Assembly: GCA_951406725.2 (NCBI GenBank)
Contig: OX597822.1
Location: 76,012,001 to 76,076,000, forward strand
DNA length: 64,000 nucleotides
Reading direction: 5' to 3'
Source: Octopus vulgaris
Taxonomy: Eukaryota
A model generated the notes under the pieces. It was not told the DNA's origin. It searched no databases and saw only the letters and a program-made list of their open reading frames with translations. The translations under genes were made by a program, and so were the position numbers. Shown one piece after another: positions 31,150 through 44,954 of this stretch (position 1 is its first letter; every line of letters begins with the position of its first letter).

Positions 31150-31590
31150 CATATTAAACAAGATCATAATTGGAAAAAAATTGTATGGGATAAAACCTGC
31201 TTCTGGCGACACTCTGCATTTTAAATTGGTGAACCAACTGATTTATTAATGTCAAAGTTCTCTCATCGATCTTTAATAAAAGTTTGTGAATGCCAGAAAT
31301 CTCTTTGAACATGTACTTGCAGTTCCAAATGATGCTTGATTAAGACGACAAGTATGTTGAAGAGAAAAATGACCTTTTCTGAGATCAACCAATCCATAGT
31401 ACTCAAAAAAGAAAGAAAACAAATGTGTGAAAGTATTTCTGGGTTTTTTTTTTTTTATGTTGCGGAAGTCGACAAGATGACATAAAGTAGTTTGTTTGCA
31501 GACTTGATCTATCCCTCTTATAACACCTGATGGACCGAGACAATCTATCAAACGAAACTAACAGCAACTACGAGAGAAATACGTGTGAAT
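31150..31590 (+). mobile_element. Possible piggyBac transposase relic
   Basis: VKVFLG...PSYNT*WTETIYQT..TTR weakly resembles E(M/L)KAFLG...P...YW.....F...MSR. Confidence 0.3.
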
Positions 31591-31749
31591 AAGGATCTGG
31601 TTTTTAATCTATATCAGAAAAAACTTGGGTAATCAGTTACCCTGTGACACTGTGACAATTTCTGTTATACCCTTTTTATTATTAGTATTATTATTATCAT
31701 CATCATCATCATCACCATCAACATCACCACCACCATCATCATCATCATC

Positions 31750-31932
31750 GCCGCGCAAAACGCTTAGCGTATTTCGCCCGTCTTTACGTTCTGAGTTCAA
31801 ATTCCACCGAGGTCGACTTTGTCTTTCATCCTTTCGAGGTCGGTAAATTAAGTACCGGTTGCGTACTGGGATCAATCTAATTGACTGGCCCCCTTCCCCA
31901 AAATTTCGGGCCTTGTGCCTAGGGTGGAAAAG

Positions 31933-31979
<47 letters not shown>

Positions 31980-32145
31980 GTTTATTATTATTACGTTTAT
32001 ATTCGAGTTCAAATTCCGCCGAGGTCGACTTTGCCTTTAATCCCTCAGAGTCGATAAAATAAATACCATTTCAGCACTGGAGTCGATGTAGTCCCCTTAT
32101 CCCCTCCCTCGTAATTGCTGGCCTTGTGCCAAAATTTGAAATCAT
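31750..32145 (+). mobile_element. Two 5'-truncated SINE family A copies separated by (ATT)n
   Basis: gagttcaaattcc(a/g)ccgaggtcgacttt occurs twice. Confidence 0.85.
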
Positions 32146-33339
32146 TATTATCATTATTATTTTAGAAGTAGCTTAAAAGCAGCACCCCGTGCAGACTTTT
32201 AAGGTAGCCCCTGTAGAGGGTTAATTGGGTCTGAGGCCCAAAACTGAACAGAGCTAAACAGCATGACTATAATACGTCTATAATGATCATATGGCCCGGT
32301 GCTGTTTGGTGAGAGGTTAAAGACGGATGAGAATGAATTCTGTTAGGCAATCATTGTATTGATTCAGTCTCAAGTTGAATTCCAACTGTTGGCCAATTTG
32401 TCCCAAATTTCTTATCTTGACGTAAAATTAATGAAGCGAATGTCATTTATTCTCCCTTTGATCTCTGACAAACGCCAACCACGAATGAGCCAAGCTTTAC
32501 CTGCTAGAAATAGCAACCCAAATTCCTTTAAATCAGATCACAATGCTGGATGTTCAAGAATCAAATGAAGCCCAGCTTACCAATCCTGGGATCATCCTGA
32601 TTCCAAAAATAGTATAATATGTCTATGTAGAACAAATGTAGACCAAGATACAGGGGTCTCAGACGGACAGACAGAATTTCGCGTTTATTATTATTATAGA
32701 AGGCGGCGAGCAGGCAGAATAGTTAGCAGCTCGGACAATATACTTAAAGTTATTTCGTCCATCTACGTTCTGAGTTCGAACTCCACCGGACTCACCTTTC
32801 TTTTTCATTCTTTCGGTGCCGGTAAAATGAGTCCTGAGTCGTGGAGTGTATGAAATCGATCTCGAAAGACTCAACCCTGAAATTTCAGGTTTTGTGCCTG
32901 TGGGAGAAAGAATTAATATTATCGTTATCGAGCTTTCAGTGCTATGTAGTAGGACTTGCAAAGTTAAAGAAACTTGGAAAGTATCCAAAACTTTCAGCAA
33001 GAATCAAAATCAGATATAAAAGAATTGGATGAAAACGCGACAGAAAGTCGATCATCATCATCATCATCATATGAGATGATGAAACAATCTTTATTACAAA
33101 GAAAAAGATTGGCGAAAAATCTAACGAGTTTGCGGAATATCAAGTGTATAAGAAACCAAAAGAAAAATAGCAGATACTTATTGTGAAGAAAATTATGCAT
33201 GAGAAAGAAATATTGAAATTAAAAGCATGAATCCAAGAAAGAGATTTCTAGAAAATTATTATGGAAGCTCAGAAGTGAAGAAATTGAAGAAAATAAAGAG
33301 AAAATATTTCTTGAAAAATAAATTTCTTCATTATTGTAT

Positions 33340-33765
33340 TTGGCTTCTAAGATTCTTGATGTGAAATCGGATATTGAAACGTGTTTTGTTATATCTTGGG
33401 AGGGTTTTTATGCCAAAAATAAATACACGCACCGGTTCTATTTCACTTATTTACTTTTATTTGTCAATTTGCTAATAATTTAGCCAATAAACTAATGGAT
33501 TGTTTGATTAGTCTTTCCGTCAATCAATCAACTAGGTTTGTCAAAGTTTCTTCGTTGCTGTTCGCGAACTAACCAACGTTATGCATTCTCTACTCCAGAT
33601 TCGATTCATAACAGAACGCAAGTCGTTGGAAATGTTGCGAATGGCGACAAAACGATTTTGAAAATTCTTGGCTATATAATTAACCAGTTGATAAATATAA
33701 AATAAAGAAGCTAAATAGAACCAGTGCATGTGTTTATTATTGGCTACATGACCCTCTCAGGATAC
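33340..33765. mobile_element. MITE/fold-back-like repeat
   Basis: 33393-33490 is imperfectly inverted at 33680-33765. The left arm is homologous to 19335-19480. Confidence 0.6.
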
Positions 33766-34609
33766 TTTAAGAGTTTCCATGTGTTTCTATAAAGAGTAGA
33801 ATTTGAAAAGATAAATTTTAAGAATATATCAGGACATCAAGTTGGAAGGGAATTCGACTTTTTAAAAACGGGTCCCCTGCAGTAAACTTATTTAACTTGA
33901 GGTTTTATCTTTTGGACCACTGTATCGAAATACCACACACATACACACACACATACTGGCTTATGCATGATCATCATCGCTTGCTTCATCACTGAAGCAA
34001 TATTACCACCATCTTCTCCATCACCACCACCGTCGTCAACGTTAGTATTCTTTTTTGCATCCCCATGATAAGAATATCGAAGATGACGATCATCATCATT
34101 ATCGTCGTCATCGTTGTTATCATTGTAGTCATTATCATCATCGTCTTTGTCATCATCATCATCATTAGTGATCATTATCATCGTCATTGTCGTAATTATC
34201 ATCGTCGCCGTCATTATTATCGTCATCGCCATCATCATCATCATTACCGTCATCATCATCGCTGTTGTTGTCTTCTTCTTCCAGTCAGGACTCACGCCAT
34301 TAGCCACAAAGAATAATCTCTAATTCGAGCCTACTCTAAGCTACTAAGAATGCGTGTGGCAACTTGAAGATCCACCCACCACTCGCGATAGACTGGCGGT
34401 TGCACGGGCGCGAAAGCTACATTGTTATCCTCATTCCATAAACGGTGGCTTTTAACGGGTGGAGAGCTGAACCATCCTGGGGTACAGAGGATTCGCAATC
34501 TACACTAGGGTCTGAAAGTTTACCACACCATAGTGGGTTACACCATGGTTCCTCTGCTTTGTGGCAAAAGTAGGAAAAAAGACTGAAAATTGTGGTGAAA
34601 GAGTATAAC

Positions 34610-34752
34610 GGGGTTCACCCCACTCCCCACCGGAGCTTCGTGGAGCTTAGGTGTTTTTGCTCAATAAACACCCACAATGCCCGGTCTGGGAATCGAAACC
34701 GCGTTCTTACGACAGCGAGTTCGCTGCCCTAACCACAGGGCCATTGCGCCTC
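34610..34752 (-). mobile_element. SINE family C 5' part
   Basis: Minus strand gaggcgcaatggccctgtggttagggcagcgaactcgctgtcgtaagaacgcggtttcgattcccagaccggg. Confidence 0.88.
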
Positions 34753-35519
34753 GCCGTTGTTGTTGCCATTATCATCACCATCGCTGTTATCATCATCACG
34801 CTGTTCTTCTTCTGCCTCCTCCTCTGGCTCTTTCTTCATCCCCTCCTCCTCCTCCTCCTCCTCACCGTCATCATCCTCGTCGTCATAGTCATACTCTGTA
34901 GCATATTTTTTCTGATATACGATTGAATTGAAACTAATTTAAACAGTATCACAACATAAATCGGTGCATGACTTAGCAGTTGGTTTATTTCTTTAAATAA
35001 TTGCCTAAAAACAAAAACAAAAACAGAAACAAACCATCGACAGTCGAAGTTATATAGAAACTGGAATTCTATCACGTGTCCTCGATTTGATTTTGCGCAG
35101 CAGGCTTTGTAATATGTACTGAAATGGAAAAAAAAAATAATCTGTTATATCTGCAAATTTGGTTGACCAGTTTGGACTTGACATATGCGTGTGTATTACT
35201 CTGAACCGCATTAGTAAAACGACGGGCAGTTGGTTTTCTAATGTCTCAACCACACCATATATGCTGTGTGTGTGCGTGCGCACGTGTGTAGATCTCTATG
35301 TGCGTGTACATGTTTACTCACATGCGTCTATATACATACACATGTAGATACTCTGTCTCAAGTCACTTCTCGATACGTACAAATGGCTGTGTGTATGTGT
35401 ATCTATCTATGTAGCTGAGAAAAAGTTGAAAATGCGTCAAAATGTTCTTATATATATATGTTGATAGAAATGGTAAGACAACAAAAGAATGAAAGAGACC
35501 ACGATATTATATGTAAATA

Positions 35520-35695
35520 GAGGAATTTATCTGTAAATATAATATGTGACAGTTATTCGGTAGCCATGATAAAACTCCGAGTTTCGGATGTCGGGGCGGA
35601 AACCCACGCCGCCATCTCTTCAGTTATCCGGCCATCAGAGTTTTATAATGGCTACCGAATAATTGTCATATATTATAATTACAAATAAATTCCTC
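35520..35695. mobile_element. Fold-back element with 58-bp inverted arms
   Basis: 35520-35577 is the near reverse complement of 35638-35695. Confidence 0.88.
35568..35628 (-). ncRNA. Type I hammerhead ribozyme motif
   Basis: gataa-CTGAAGA-gatg...catc-c-GAAA-ctcggag-TT-ttatc: 5-bp stem I, long stem II, near-palindromic stem III, GUU triplet. Confidence 0.65.
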
Positions 35696-35699
35696 CATG

Positions 35700-35739
<40 letters not shown>

Positions 35740-35869
35740 TGATGGACACTGTTGTCGGTTTCTACGTATGAGGATCTGATAACCTACTCTTTCTTTGTCA
35801 GTCACAATACTTATATCGAATGTGACATTTAAGTCCCGCCTACGTTTTGTAAAGAAGCCCGCAGATGCA

Positions 35870-36026
35870 TCAAGTATCAGGTTTACAGATCAGTTCAGGT
35901 GATATAATTGCAGCTAATTTCCTACTTTGCCTTGCACCACTAAGCCTGTTAATGATGGTTGTAACAAATCTTCTTACACCATTTTGACACAACGATCGCC
36001 ATTTTATTAACTCCAAGCTGTTCACT

Positions 36027-36067
<41 letters not shown>

Positions 36068-36724
36068 TATAATTATAAGCAGTGCAAATTTTAGCCATGT
36101 CTCTGCAGACTGAAAAACAAAATGAAGAACCTAATCGATTTTCGAACCTTATTGAGTTCCCATCAGAGGCATCCACAGCATTCTGAGAGTCTCCAGAGAA
36201 ACAATCAGCCAAACTGTTTATATACTCAACAAATGCAGCAGTTACTCTACATACAAGTAAGGCAACGTTAAATTACAATAGCCATCTTTTTATCATAGTG
36301 AAAGTATATAGAATATCCACAGTTACGGCAGAATTGCTGCTCAAATAACATTTCTTATGGACTTTCTGTGCTTCAAATATAATACACTTCAGAGGTAGAC
36401 GAGGTTCATCGCAACAGCGGGACTACTAGACGCATTTCTATTATTTACAGCCGTTCTAATGGCACGTTTGCGCACTGTCACATGCTAGGTCGAGAATTCC
36501 TTGCTTCTGATATAGGAAATAAAACATTCATTGATGTCACGACTAGCTTTCTGGCTGATAAAGAAAATTATATTGGACTGAGGCTGGCCACTGCTCAGAT
36601 ATTAACTGCGTTTTTAATGCAATACATCAATAAGGGAGGTTATCTCAGGACAAATATAAATATTTCAGTATCTGGCCTATCAAAGGGTGTATATACATAA
36701 AAGTATAGCATATAGGTGTTGATG

Positions 36725-36794
<70 letters not shown>

Positions 36795-36950
36795 GCTGGA
36801 TTGGTGCATACTTATTGCGGCTTTTTTCAGCAATAACATGTAACAAAATCATCTTTACATGATTATTTCGGAGCGTAATCACCATCTACTTCAATTACTG
36901 TTTCCCATTTGCTTGGCAGACGGTCAGACAGTCATTTACAGATGTTTTTG
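35870..36950 (+). mobile_element. Possible decayed Ty3/gypsy pol relic
   Basis: LIEFPSEASTAF (RT-RNaseH linker-like), SNIIHFRG (cf. DIRHIKG), FIDVTT and LATAQILTA (cf. IRATQKLITA) appear in the expected order. Confidence 0.4.
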
Positions 36951-37032
36951 TTAAATATTATTGTTTTTGTCGAATAAAATTTGTTGAAAAAAAGCCACAA
37001 TAATTATGCACGAACCCAACATATATATATTA

Positions 37033-37522
37033 TAGGTGCAGGCGTGGCTGTGTGGTAAGAAGCTTGGCTCACAACCACATGTTTCTGGATTCAGTATCAC
37101 TGCGTCGCACTATGAGTGTCTTCTAATATAGCTTCGGTTCAACCAAAACTTTGTGAGGGCATTTGGTAAACGGAAACTAAAAGAAACCCGTTATATATAA
37201 ATATATATGTATGCATGTATCTCTTTGTGTCTGGCCGACTACCGCTTGACACCCGGTGTTGGTATGTTTACATCCCAGTAACTTGGCAGTTCGGCAAAAC
37301 AGATCGATAGAATAAGTACTTTTAAAAAAAGTACAGGGGTCGATTCATTCGATCAAATTTTCCACAAGGCGGTGTGCCCCATCATTGCCGCAAGCAAAAG
37401 GTAAGGTAAAAGATATATAAAATAAGTACTAGGCTTACAGAGAATATGTCCTGGGTCGATGTGTTCGACGAAAGGCAGTGCCCCAGCATGGCCGCATTCA
37501 AATGACTGAAACAAGTAAAAGA
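37033..37522 (+). mobile_element. SINE family B with duplicated 3' part
   Basis: ggtgcaggcgtggctgtgtggtaagaagc...ccagcatggccgca..aatgactgaaacaagtaaaag. Confidence 0.88.
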
Positions 37523-37547
37523 ATATATATATATACGTATATAAGCC

Positions 37548-37594
<47 letters not shown>

Positions 37595-37619
37595 TAATTA
37601 CATGCATATGGATGAGAAT

Positions 37620-37990
37620 GGATACAACAGACGCTCAACTTGAGATTCGGGTGAATAAATAAGGTGTTAGTGATATATAACCTATGAAAATCTCTGTTCC
37701 GTCATTTTGGTGGAAACAGTAAACTCTCTGTAGTTCAGTCGACCTACGTGCACATCAATACAACAGAGAGGCATTGTTCAGTTTTTAAATGACAGTAACA
37801 GTTGCTGAAGAAGCTGATAGCATTTTCAATACAATTACGACTAACACTTTAAAATGTATGAATTTCGTTTGTTCGAGTCTTCTTGTGAGACAGCTAATAA
37901 ATAGAGTTGCCTTAAGTTATTACCGACACCGTTTCTATTCCAAAGCCAGAATAAAATCAACTCTGGTGATGATTATAAAGCTATGATATA
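37620..37990 (+). pseudogene. Possible Schlafen-like helicase C-terminal fragment (copy 4)
   Basis: DI*PMKISV (cf. YSPKDVAVL); VAEEADSIFNTITTNTLK (cf. DACDMLGDHIVLDSVRRF); YSKARIKSTLVMII* (cf. LASRAKQHLYIF*). Confidence 0.35.
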
Positions 37991-38096
37991 TGAAGAGAAG
38001 TAACTAACACATTTGTGACATCTTTTTTTATTATGAATGGATTAGTGGTAAGTTTGAAGTGATTTACTGAAATTCTCTATTCTTTACTGTGATAAA

Positions 38097-38445
38097 GCAG
38101 CGTGCTGGCAGAAACGTTAACACACCGGGCAAAACGCTTAGCAGTATTTCGTCTGCCGCTACGTTCTGAGTTCAAATTCCGCCGAGGTCGACTTTGCCTT
38201 TCATCCTTTCGGGGTGGATTAATTAAGTACCAGTTACGCACTAGGATCGATATAATCGACTTAATCCGTTTGTGTGCCCTTGTTTCTCCTCTCTGTATTT
38301 ATCCCCTTGTGGGTAGTAAAGAAATAGGTATTTTGTCTGCCGTTACGTTCTGAGTTCAAATTCCGCCGAGGCCGATTTTGCCTTTCATCCTTTCGGGGTC
38401 CATAAATTAAGTACCAGTTACGTACTGGGGCCGATCTAATAGACT
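38097..38445 (+). mobile_element. SINE family A dimer
   Basis: Full copy followed by a second body starting at 38327. Confidence 0.9.
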
Positions 38446-38884
38446 GACTAGTAGAAACATATTTAGCAGACATTGAATCTCCAACGATTTTTACCGATTC
38501 TTCCATTATTTAAGTTTTATTTACTTTCATCGTTGGGCTACGTCCATGCTTGGCCACCACCTTGAAGTATTTAGTTTAACAAATCGATCCAACAGCAGTA
38601 TTTATTTTAAAAAAATAGAAAAAAGTTAGGTATTTATTGTATTGGTCGCTTTAGTTGAACTGGTAAGTTAAGGGGTTGTAAACAAACCAATACCGGTTGT
38701 CAAGCGTTAGTGGATCCAGATGAAACACAAAGACAATATATATACACAAATATACATGTTCATATGACGGACTTCTTCACAGTTTTTATCTACCAAATTT
38801 TATCTACCCAAAGCATTAATCAGCGCGTAGTTTTAATAAAAGACATTTTCCAGGGAGCCATTCAGTTGTTGGTAATGTTATTTT

Positions 38885-39900
38885 TCTATATCGACTGGAC
38901 GCAGATTTGTTGATCAACAGGAATTTTGGTATATGGCGGTACGTTAAAATGAATTCAGATCTTTTATTTTAGCATTATGATGAGGTAGCGTATAACGTGA
39001 AGTGTCTCTTTAAGGTGGAAATCACAAACTATGGATATGTTTCTTATGCTAGGGCTTTTTCTGATTGCTCAAGTAACGTTTGTACTTATTCAACATACTT
39101 TGGTTGTCAAATGTGTTCGGATAGCTTTTCGGTATTTTCCAGATGTCATTTGCCATTGTGTTAGTTTTGACAGCTTTTGGGTGTATTTTCTGTTAGCTTT
39201 ATTTCATAGGTCGATTTGTTGGAGGATATAATATCATATAATTCTTTCAAAGCATTTACATCCTATGAACCAGATGGGCTCGTCACGTTTATGGTGGTGG
39301 TCTCCTGTACGATACCTACATTGTAACTGGCTATGGTGCTAGAAATGTTTTGCATGTAGCTAAATGTCGCTTTTAAGGTTCTTTTATTGAACAGTTCCAG
39401 AAATCTATGTCAGAGTGGTTAATGTTCGCTTGAGAGAGAGAGAGAGAGAGAGAGAGAAAGCAAGCTCTTTGGAACACCTTTTTGCATTCATGTTGTATGG
39501 TACAGTTGGGGGAAGTGGGGTTTCAGGTGTGTATTTTAATTTATGCGTATAATGGCGATGATGCAGCACCTCGTTATATTATCCAGTGGCTTTGCTAAAT
39601 GGGGTTTCGTCCAAATAATCAAGTTACAAAATTCTGATGATGTCTACTTTGTCTAAGTGATGGTGGCTTAATTTGAATAGAGGTTTAAAGGGATTGTGGG
39701 TAATATTTTTAAACAGTTTATGTGACCTCGGGAAATTTCGTGAAGGGTAACATCTAGCTAGGTTACTTTTGCTTAAATTGTGACCTTCAAATCGAATACC
39801 ATAACGACTATTATGAACCGTTACTGGAGTGTGTCAGCTTTACGACCAATTGTAGCACTCGTCAGGATGAATCCAGCATTCTTCTAGCACTTGCTGATAT
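38885..39900 (-). mobile_element. Decayed Penelope-like element (RT C-terminus to GIY-YIG end)
   Basis: VT*LDVTL (cf. VNFLDVTL), FSKATG*YNEVL...KLKYTP, KATFSYMQNISSTIASYN (cf. KVSYSCMPNI.SII.SHN) and terminal KRSEFILTYRHIPKFLL (cf. KRSELISKCRH.NKFLL). Confidence 0.75.
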
Positions 39901-40144
39901 CATTTAAAAAAAATCTGGGTGTTTTGGAGTGGGAACACAGCAACAATCGCTCACAGGTTACTACGCCATAGTGACTCTTCATTATGACATCAAAATCATT
40001 CACATCCTTCCTTTCGTTTTTCTACATTCTATAAAAATAGACAACATGCTTCTATATCTTAAAGGAAGATGAAAACATTCGCTTAAAATGTTAACATAAT
40101 TGAGACTGACATTCAAGATTTATAGTTTATATTACTTCATTTTC

Positions 40145-40210
<66 letters not shown>

Positions 40211-40429
40211 ATATGTTTGACTTTTGCTTTGTAGTTTTACAAATTGACTCCAAGTCTCATCCAGAGACCTCAAGAGACAAGTTACATGTTCAAGTTGGTG
40301 TTATGCCTAATGTGTCATGTATTTGGTTTTGAACATAGTATTGTTCTAGAGAATGTTTAAGAAAACAGGAGGTAATTATAAGTTTGTCTTAAAATTTGAG
40401 ATTACAGATTATTATTATTATTATTATTA

Positions 40430-40960
40430 TTGAGTGAGAGAACACTACATGCCATCAAAATGACACGGGTAAAACATACGAAACCCAGTATACACATCAT
40501 GACTACCCGTCTGATGAGGGTACACCAGGCACATGCATCACAACCATATTGCATGACATGGTGATCTCATCTCAAGTTAAACAGTACGTGACCTTGCAGG
40601 TGGGGCTCAGTTTCAATTTTCTTCAAGCCTAATTGCACATTCTGCTCAAACGGTCACTGAATAACGGTTGTTAAAGGATGTTGAACGAATAACCCATGCT
40701 TCCAGAGGTGAATTATTCAAACACATGGCTATGATGCTCCCTCACTACTTCTGCTTGTGATCACAGATGCACATATCGTCAACCACTAAGGGACAAACTC
40801 AGCAGGTTAAGGTCAACCAACTGACAAGCAAATCTGTAATATTGAGCAGAATCTTTGTTGTAGCCCATTATTTATTCTAAAGCCAAATGTGAACATGATA
40901 ACATTTCCAATCAGTTAAGATCAGAAGCAACGAGAGCCAGTGCCTGGTACTACATCAGGA
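40430..40960 (-). mobile_element. Family D repeat
   Basis: Homologous to 57652-58205. Confidence 0.85.
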
Positions 40961-41044
40961 CATTTCTTTTATTGTTATTATTAAGTGAGAAAGCAATGGA
41001 TGCCATCAAAGTAACACTGGGGTACAAATATACGAAGCCCAATC

Positions 41045-41422
41045 GTGGCACTCCGTCGGTTACAACGACGAGGGTTCCAGTTGATCCGATCAACGGGACA
41101 ACCTGATCGTGAAATTAACGTGCAAGTGACTGAGCACTCCATAGACACGTGTACCCTTAACGCAGTTCTCGGGAAGATTCCGCGGACACTGAGTGAGAAA
41201 AAGCTGGCCCTTTGAAATACAGGTACAACAGAAACAGGAAGCAAGAGAGAAAGTTGTGATGAAAGAGTATAGCAGGGTTCGCTACCACCCCTTGCCTGAG
41301 CCTCGTGGAGCTTTAGATGATTTCGCTCAATAAACACTCACGACGCTCGATCTGGGAATCGAAACTGCGATCCTACGACTGCGTGTCTACTGCCCAAACA
41401 AGTGAGCCATTGCGACTCCACG
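41045..41422 (-). mobile_element. SINE family C inserted in a family D fragment
   Basis: Flanked by the direct repeat acgaagcccaat (41032-41043 and 41423-41434). Family D continues on both sides. Confidence 0.88.
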
Positions 41423-41899
41423 ACGAAGCCCAATATACACATCATGGCTACCAGTTCGATAAGAGTACACCAGGCACATGCATGACAACCATATGTGTGC
41501 GAAATGGTGGTCTTATAGCGAGATAAAATCTAAAGGTTCCTTAGAAAAAATTTTTGTTTAAAGATGATGAAAAACACCCGTGTTTCCAGGTGTGAAGTAA
41601 GAATTAAATATATTTTACAATTCTAGTGTAAAGGGAGATATGAAGTTAACGAAAATGCTATCCTCTAAGGGAGTGGAAAATGGATGGCGTTCTGTGGTGA
41701 TTCTTTTAAAGCAAAGGAGGAAAAAAAGAGAGAAGGCGGGTACGCACCGGTGAGTTGGTCGTGTCTGTGTGTGTGTGTGTGTGTGTGCGTGCGTGTTTTG
41801 TATGTGTGCAAAGGTGAATGATTTGAGGAAAATAGTATATGTGCGCAGTATTTTTAAATGTGCGTATGTACGCCCAGAAGTGCACATGTCACTTTAGGT

Positions 41900-42401
41900 A
41901 TGTATGTATCTATAGACATACCCATACACACACGCACATATACATGCTCATATATATATATGTGTGTGTGTGTGTGTATGTGAGTGTGTGTATGTGTGTG
42001 TGTGTTTGTTTGTATATATATATATATATATATAATATATATACATATATATATGTATGTTTGTATATGTATGTATGTATGTTTGTATATATATGCGTTT
42101 GTATGTATGTATGTCTGTATATATATGAAGTAAACAAGACAGACAGAGTCAAGCAGAAACAAGAAAAATTCCCCTTGTACTTGAACACTATGCAAAAATG
42201 CTTTCGAAAAACTTTTATATTTTTCCAAAATTTAATTGTTTTCAATACTTGCAGTTGAAAAACCGGGACTGAAATGTTTTTATAAAATTAGTTTAGCATT
42301 TTCTATCTTGATATATATATATATATATATGCTTATATATATGTATGTATGCGTATATATATATATGTATGTATGCTTATATATATATGTATGTACGTAT
42401 G

Positions 42402-42461
<60 letters not shown>

Positions 42462-42560
42462 CTGATATATATATATATATGTATATGTATGTATGCTTAT
42501 ATATATGTATGTATGTATGCATGCTTATATATGTATGTATGCTTGTATGTATATATAGTA
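41900..42560. repeat. TA/TG-rich microsatellites
   Basis: Direct reading. Confidence 0.9.
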
Positions 42561-43827
42561 ATCCAAGTCTACAGTATACTATGAGTCTGTGTATTTTTTC
42601 TGATTTATAGTTTCCTACAGAGAGAGAGAGAGAAGGAGAGAATGAGAGACAGACAGAGAACAGGAGATGTAAACCCGTCACAAAAAAAAGCGATTTTAGG
42701 ACAGTGCTCGTCCGGAGATAATAAATTTTATGGACGTCTAGTGTTGAAAAACAACATATATATAAATACAGTATATCGGAAACGGGCTAAAATCGTCCAG
42801 CAACCGGCGGGAAGACTTGATACGTATTTCTGTTTCGTTGGGCGTTCTCAGTTGCCTGTACTGACAGCCAGTCTCATACAAAATCGCAATCTTTAGCTAT
42901 CGCTAGTAGGAAGCAAGAAATAAACAACCACTGATGTCGCAAATAGCTGCCTGGCTGAACACAAAATCGTTATATGCAGCAGAAGCAATATAAAATTGAA
43001 ATAACCAACAGGGTACAATATGTAACGGGAAAACATTGCAAAAACCAAATACAATGCCGTATTCGTCCTATAGGCGGCGTTCTTCTTTGATTGCTCTCAT
43101 AAATGTCTGTGTGGATTATAAATACGCACACATGTATACGTAAGTATGTGTGTGTGTGTATATATGTAGCTATTATCTAAATATATTTTATATCTGCGCC
43201 TATATGTGCATATATGTATACACATGTATGTGTCCATATATGCATGTGTGTATGGAATATATAACGTGTCCGTACATGTATGTGTGTAGATGTTATATGC
43301 TAGTATAGATATGTTTATGTTCACAAGTGTGTATGCACGCGCGTGTAGTTTTTGGTGCCTTGTATTTCCTTCAACACCTTACAACCTAATGGATGAAAAG
43401 ACTTTACGACTTCGTATTCTTCCGGCATATTCTTTGATCTCGCCAACATAATTTTGTTTTATTTTGATTTGTCTACGTGCTTCATTGCCCTATGTCCTTC
43501 GTTCTACTTAAATATATTTTTCTCTTTTACCAATTTAACCACTTTTGTTTTTGCTTTTATTTTTAATTTATGCTATGCGTCAGTCTATTCCGGTGACCTA
43601 CCTTTTACATATGTCGCCTTCACTCCTTAATCATATAACCTAAATTGTGATAGATTCTTTTGGTCAATCGTTTATTTCATTAATTACACTTGTCGATATT
43701 TCACCCTTTCCCCCCTCATTCTTCCTATCATTGATAGATGCATAACACACGTCTATATATATATATATAGGTTTAAGCTGCTTCTATTTTATATATATAT
43801 TTACCCATTATTGATTATTTTCGTTTA

Positions 43828-44175
43828 AGGCACAGACATGACTTTGTGCATAGGAAGCACGCTTGCAATCACATGGTTTCGGGGTTAGTCCCACTGTACA
43901 GAGCCTTGGGCAAGTGTCTTCAATCATTGACCTGGTCGTGAATAAGTGTATGTGTGTATATATATATATGTATGCGTGTGTGTATCTTTAAGTTTGTGAG
44001 TCCCCTACAACCACTTCAAAAGAGGTATCGCTTAGTTTACTTTCCCGTAAGCTCACAGTAAGGAAAAATAAGCCGATAGAATAAATATCATATTAAAAAT
44101 ATGTAATGGATTCAATTTCTTTATCTAAAGACGTCAAGGGGGTGCACCTGCTTGGCTGCAGTCCAATGACTGAAT
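43828..44175 (+). mobile_element. Decayed SINE family B
   Basis: ccttgggcaagtgtctt and ggctgcagtccaatgactgaa motifs. Confidence 0.75.
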
Positions 44176-44453
44176 CTGGCTGACGGTTCTGATTATAGAC
44201 TATTGAAATACCAACAATCTCTTGTTTCGTTATTTTCTTAGACTTTATGTGTCTCTTCCCTCTGCATGATAGCCCGGAACTCTATAGATGCGCGATAAAC
44301 TACAATATACTATAATAGTGAGGATCTAACGTAGCTCGAACGCCGAGTCTCACTCATATATGATAGTTTGTCGTGCACTTTGCCTCAATGTCTGTCTGTC
44401 ACTCTCTCTCTCTCATGCTCTCTCTTCTACTCTGTGTGTGTGTGTGTGTGTAC

Positions 44454-44500
<47 letters not shown>

Positions 44501-44914
44501 TTGAAAAGTAACTAAACACTCCCTCATTATTTTGGGGTTTTATGAGGGCGGATACTACTTGATACTTCAAACTTGTTAATATATCATATTCGTTTCAGAT
44601 AACAGTATATTAATAGTCTTTAGCAACTAGCCATACCGCGAACGCTAGAAGCAAAAGAGTGGTCTCATTTTCAAAGCGGGTGTATTGTGGGTAGTTCAAA
44701 GGATTGCACAGAACCTTGAGACTCCTCATGCCACAGCCTAATTGTACAATTTACCAGTAAAGAAGGGGATCAACAGCATCGGGTCTACTATAGCAGAGAA
44801 ACTTAAATGAAACCTCTTCTTCAGCGGCTTGATAATCCATGATAGGGACAATTCAATGGTGGCTTGACTGACCGAAACTTGAAAGTCACTCTCAATAGTA
44901 CTCGTGTTAAAGAA

Positions 44915-44948
<34 letters not shown>

Positions 44949-44954
<6 letters not shown>

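Noticed and set aside
42890-43095. About 67-codon hydrophobic minus-strand open frame in unique sequence
   Set aside because: No start or splice support and no recognisable motif, so it cannot be supported.
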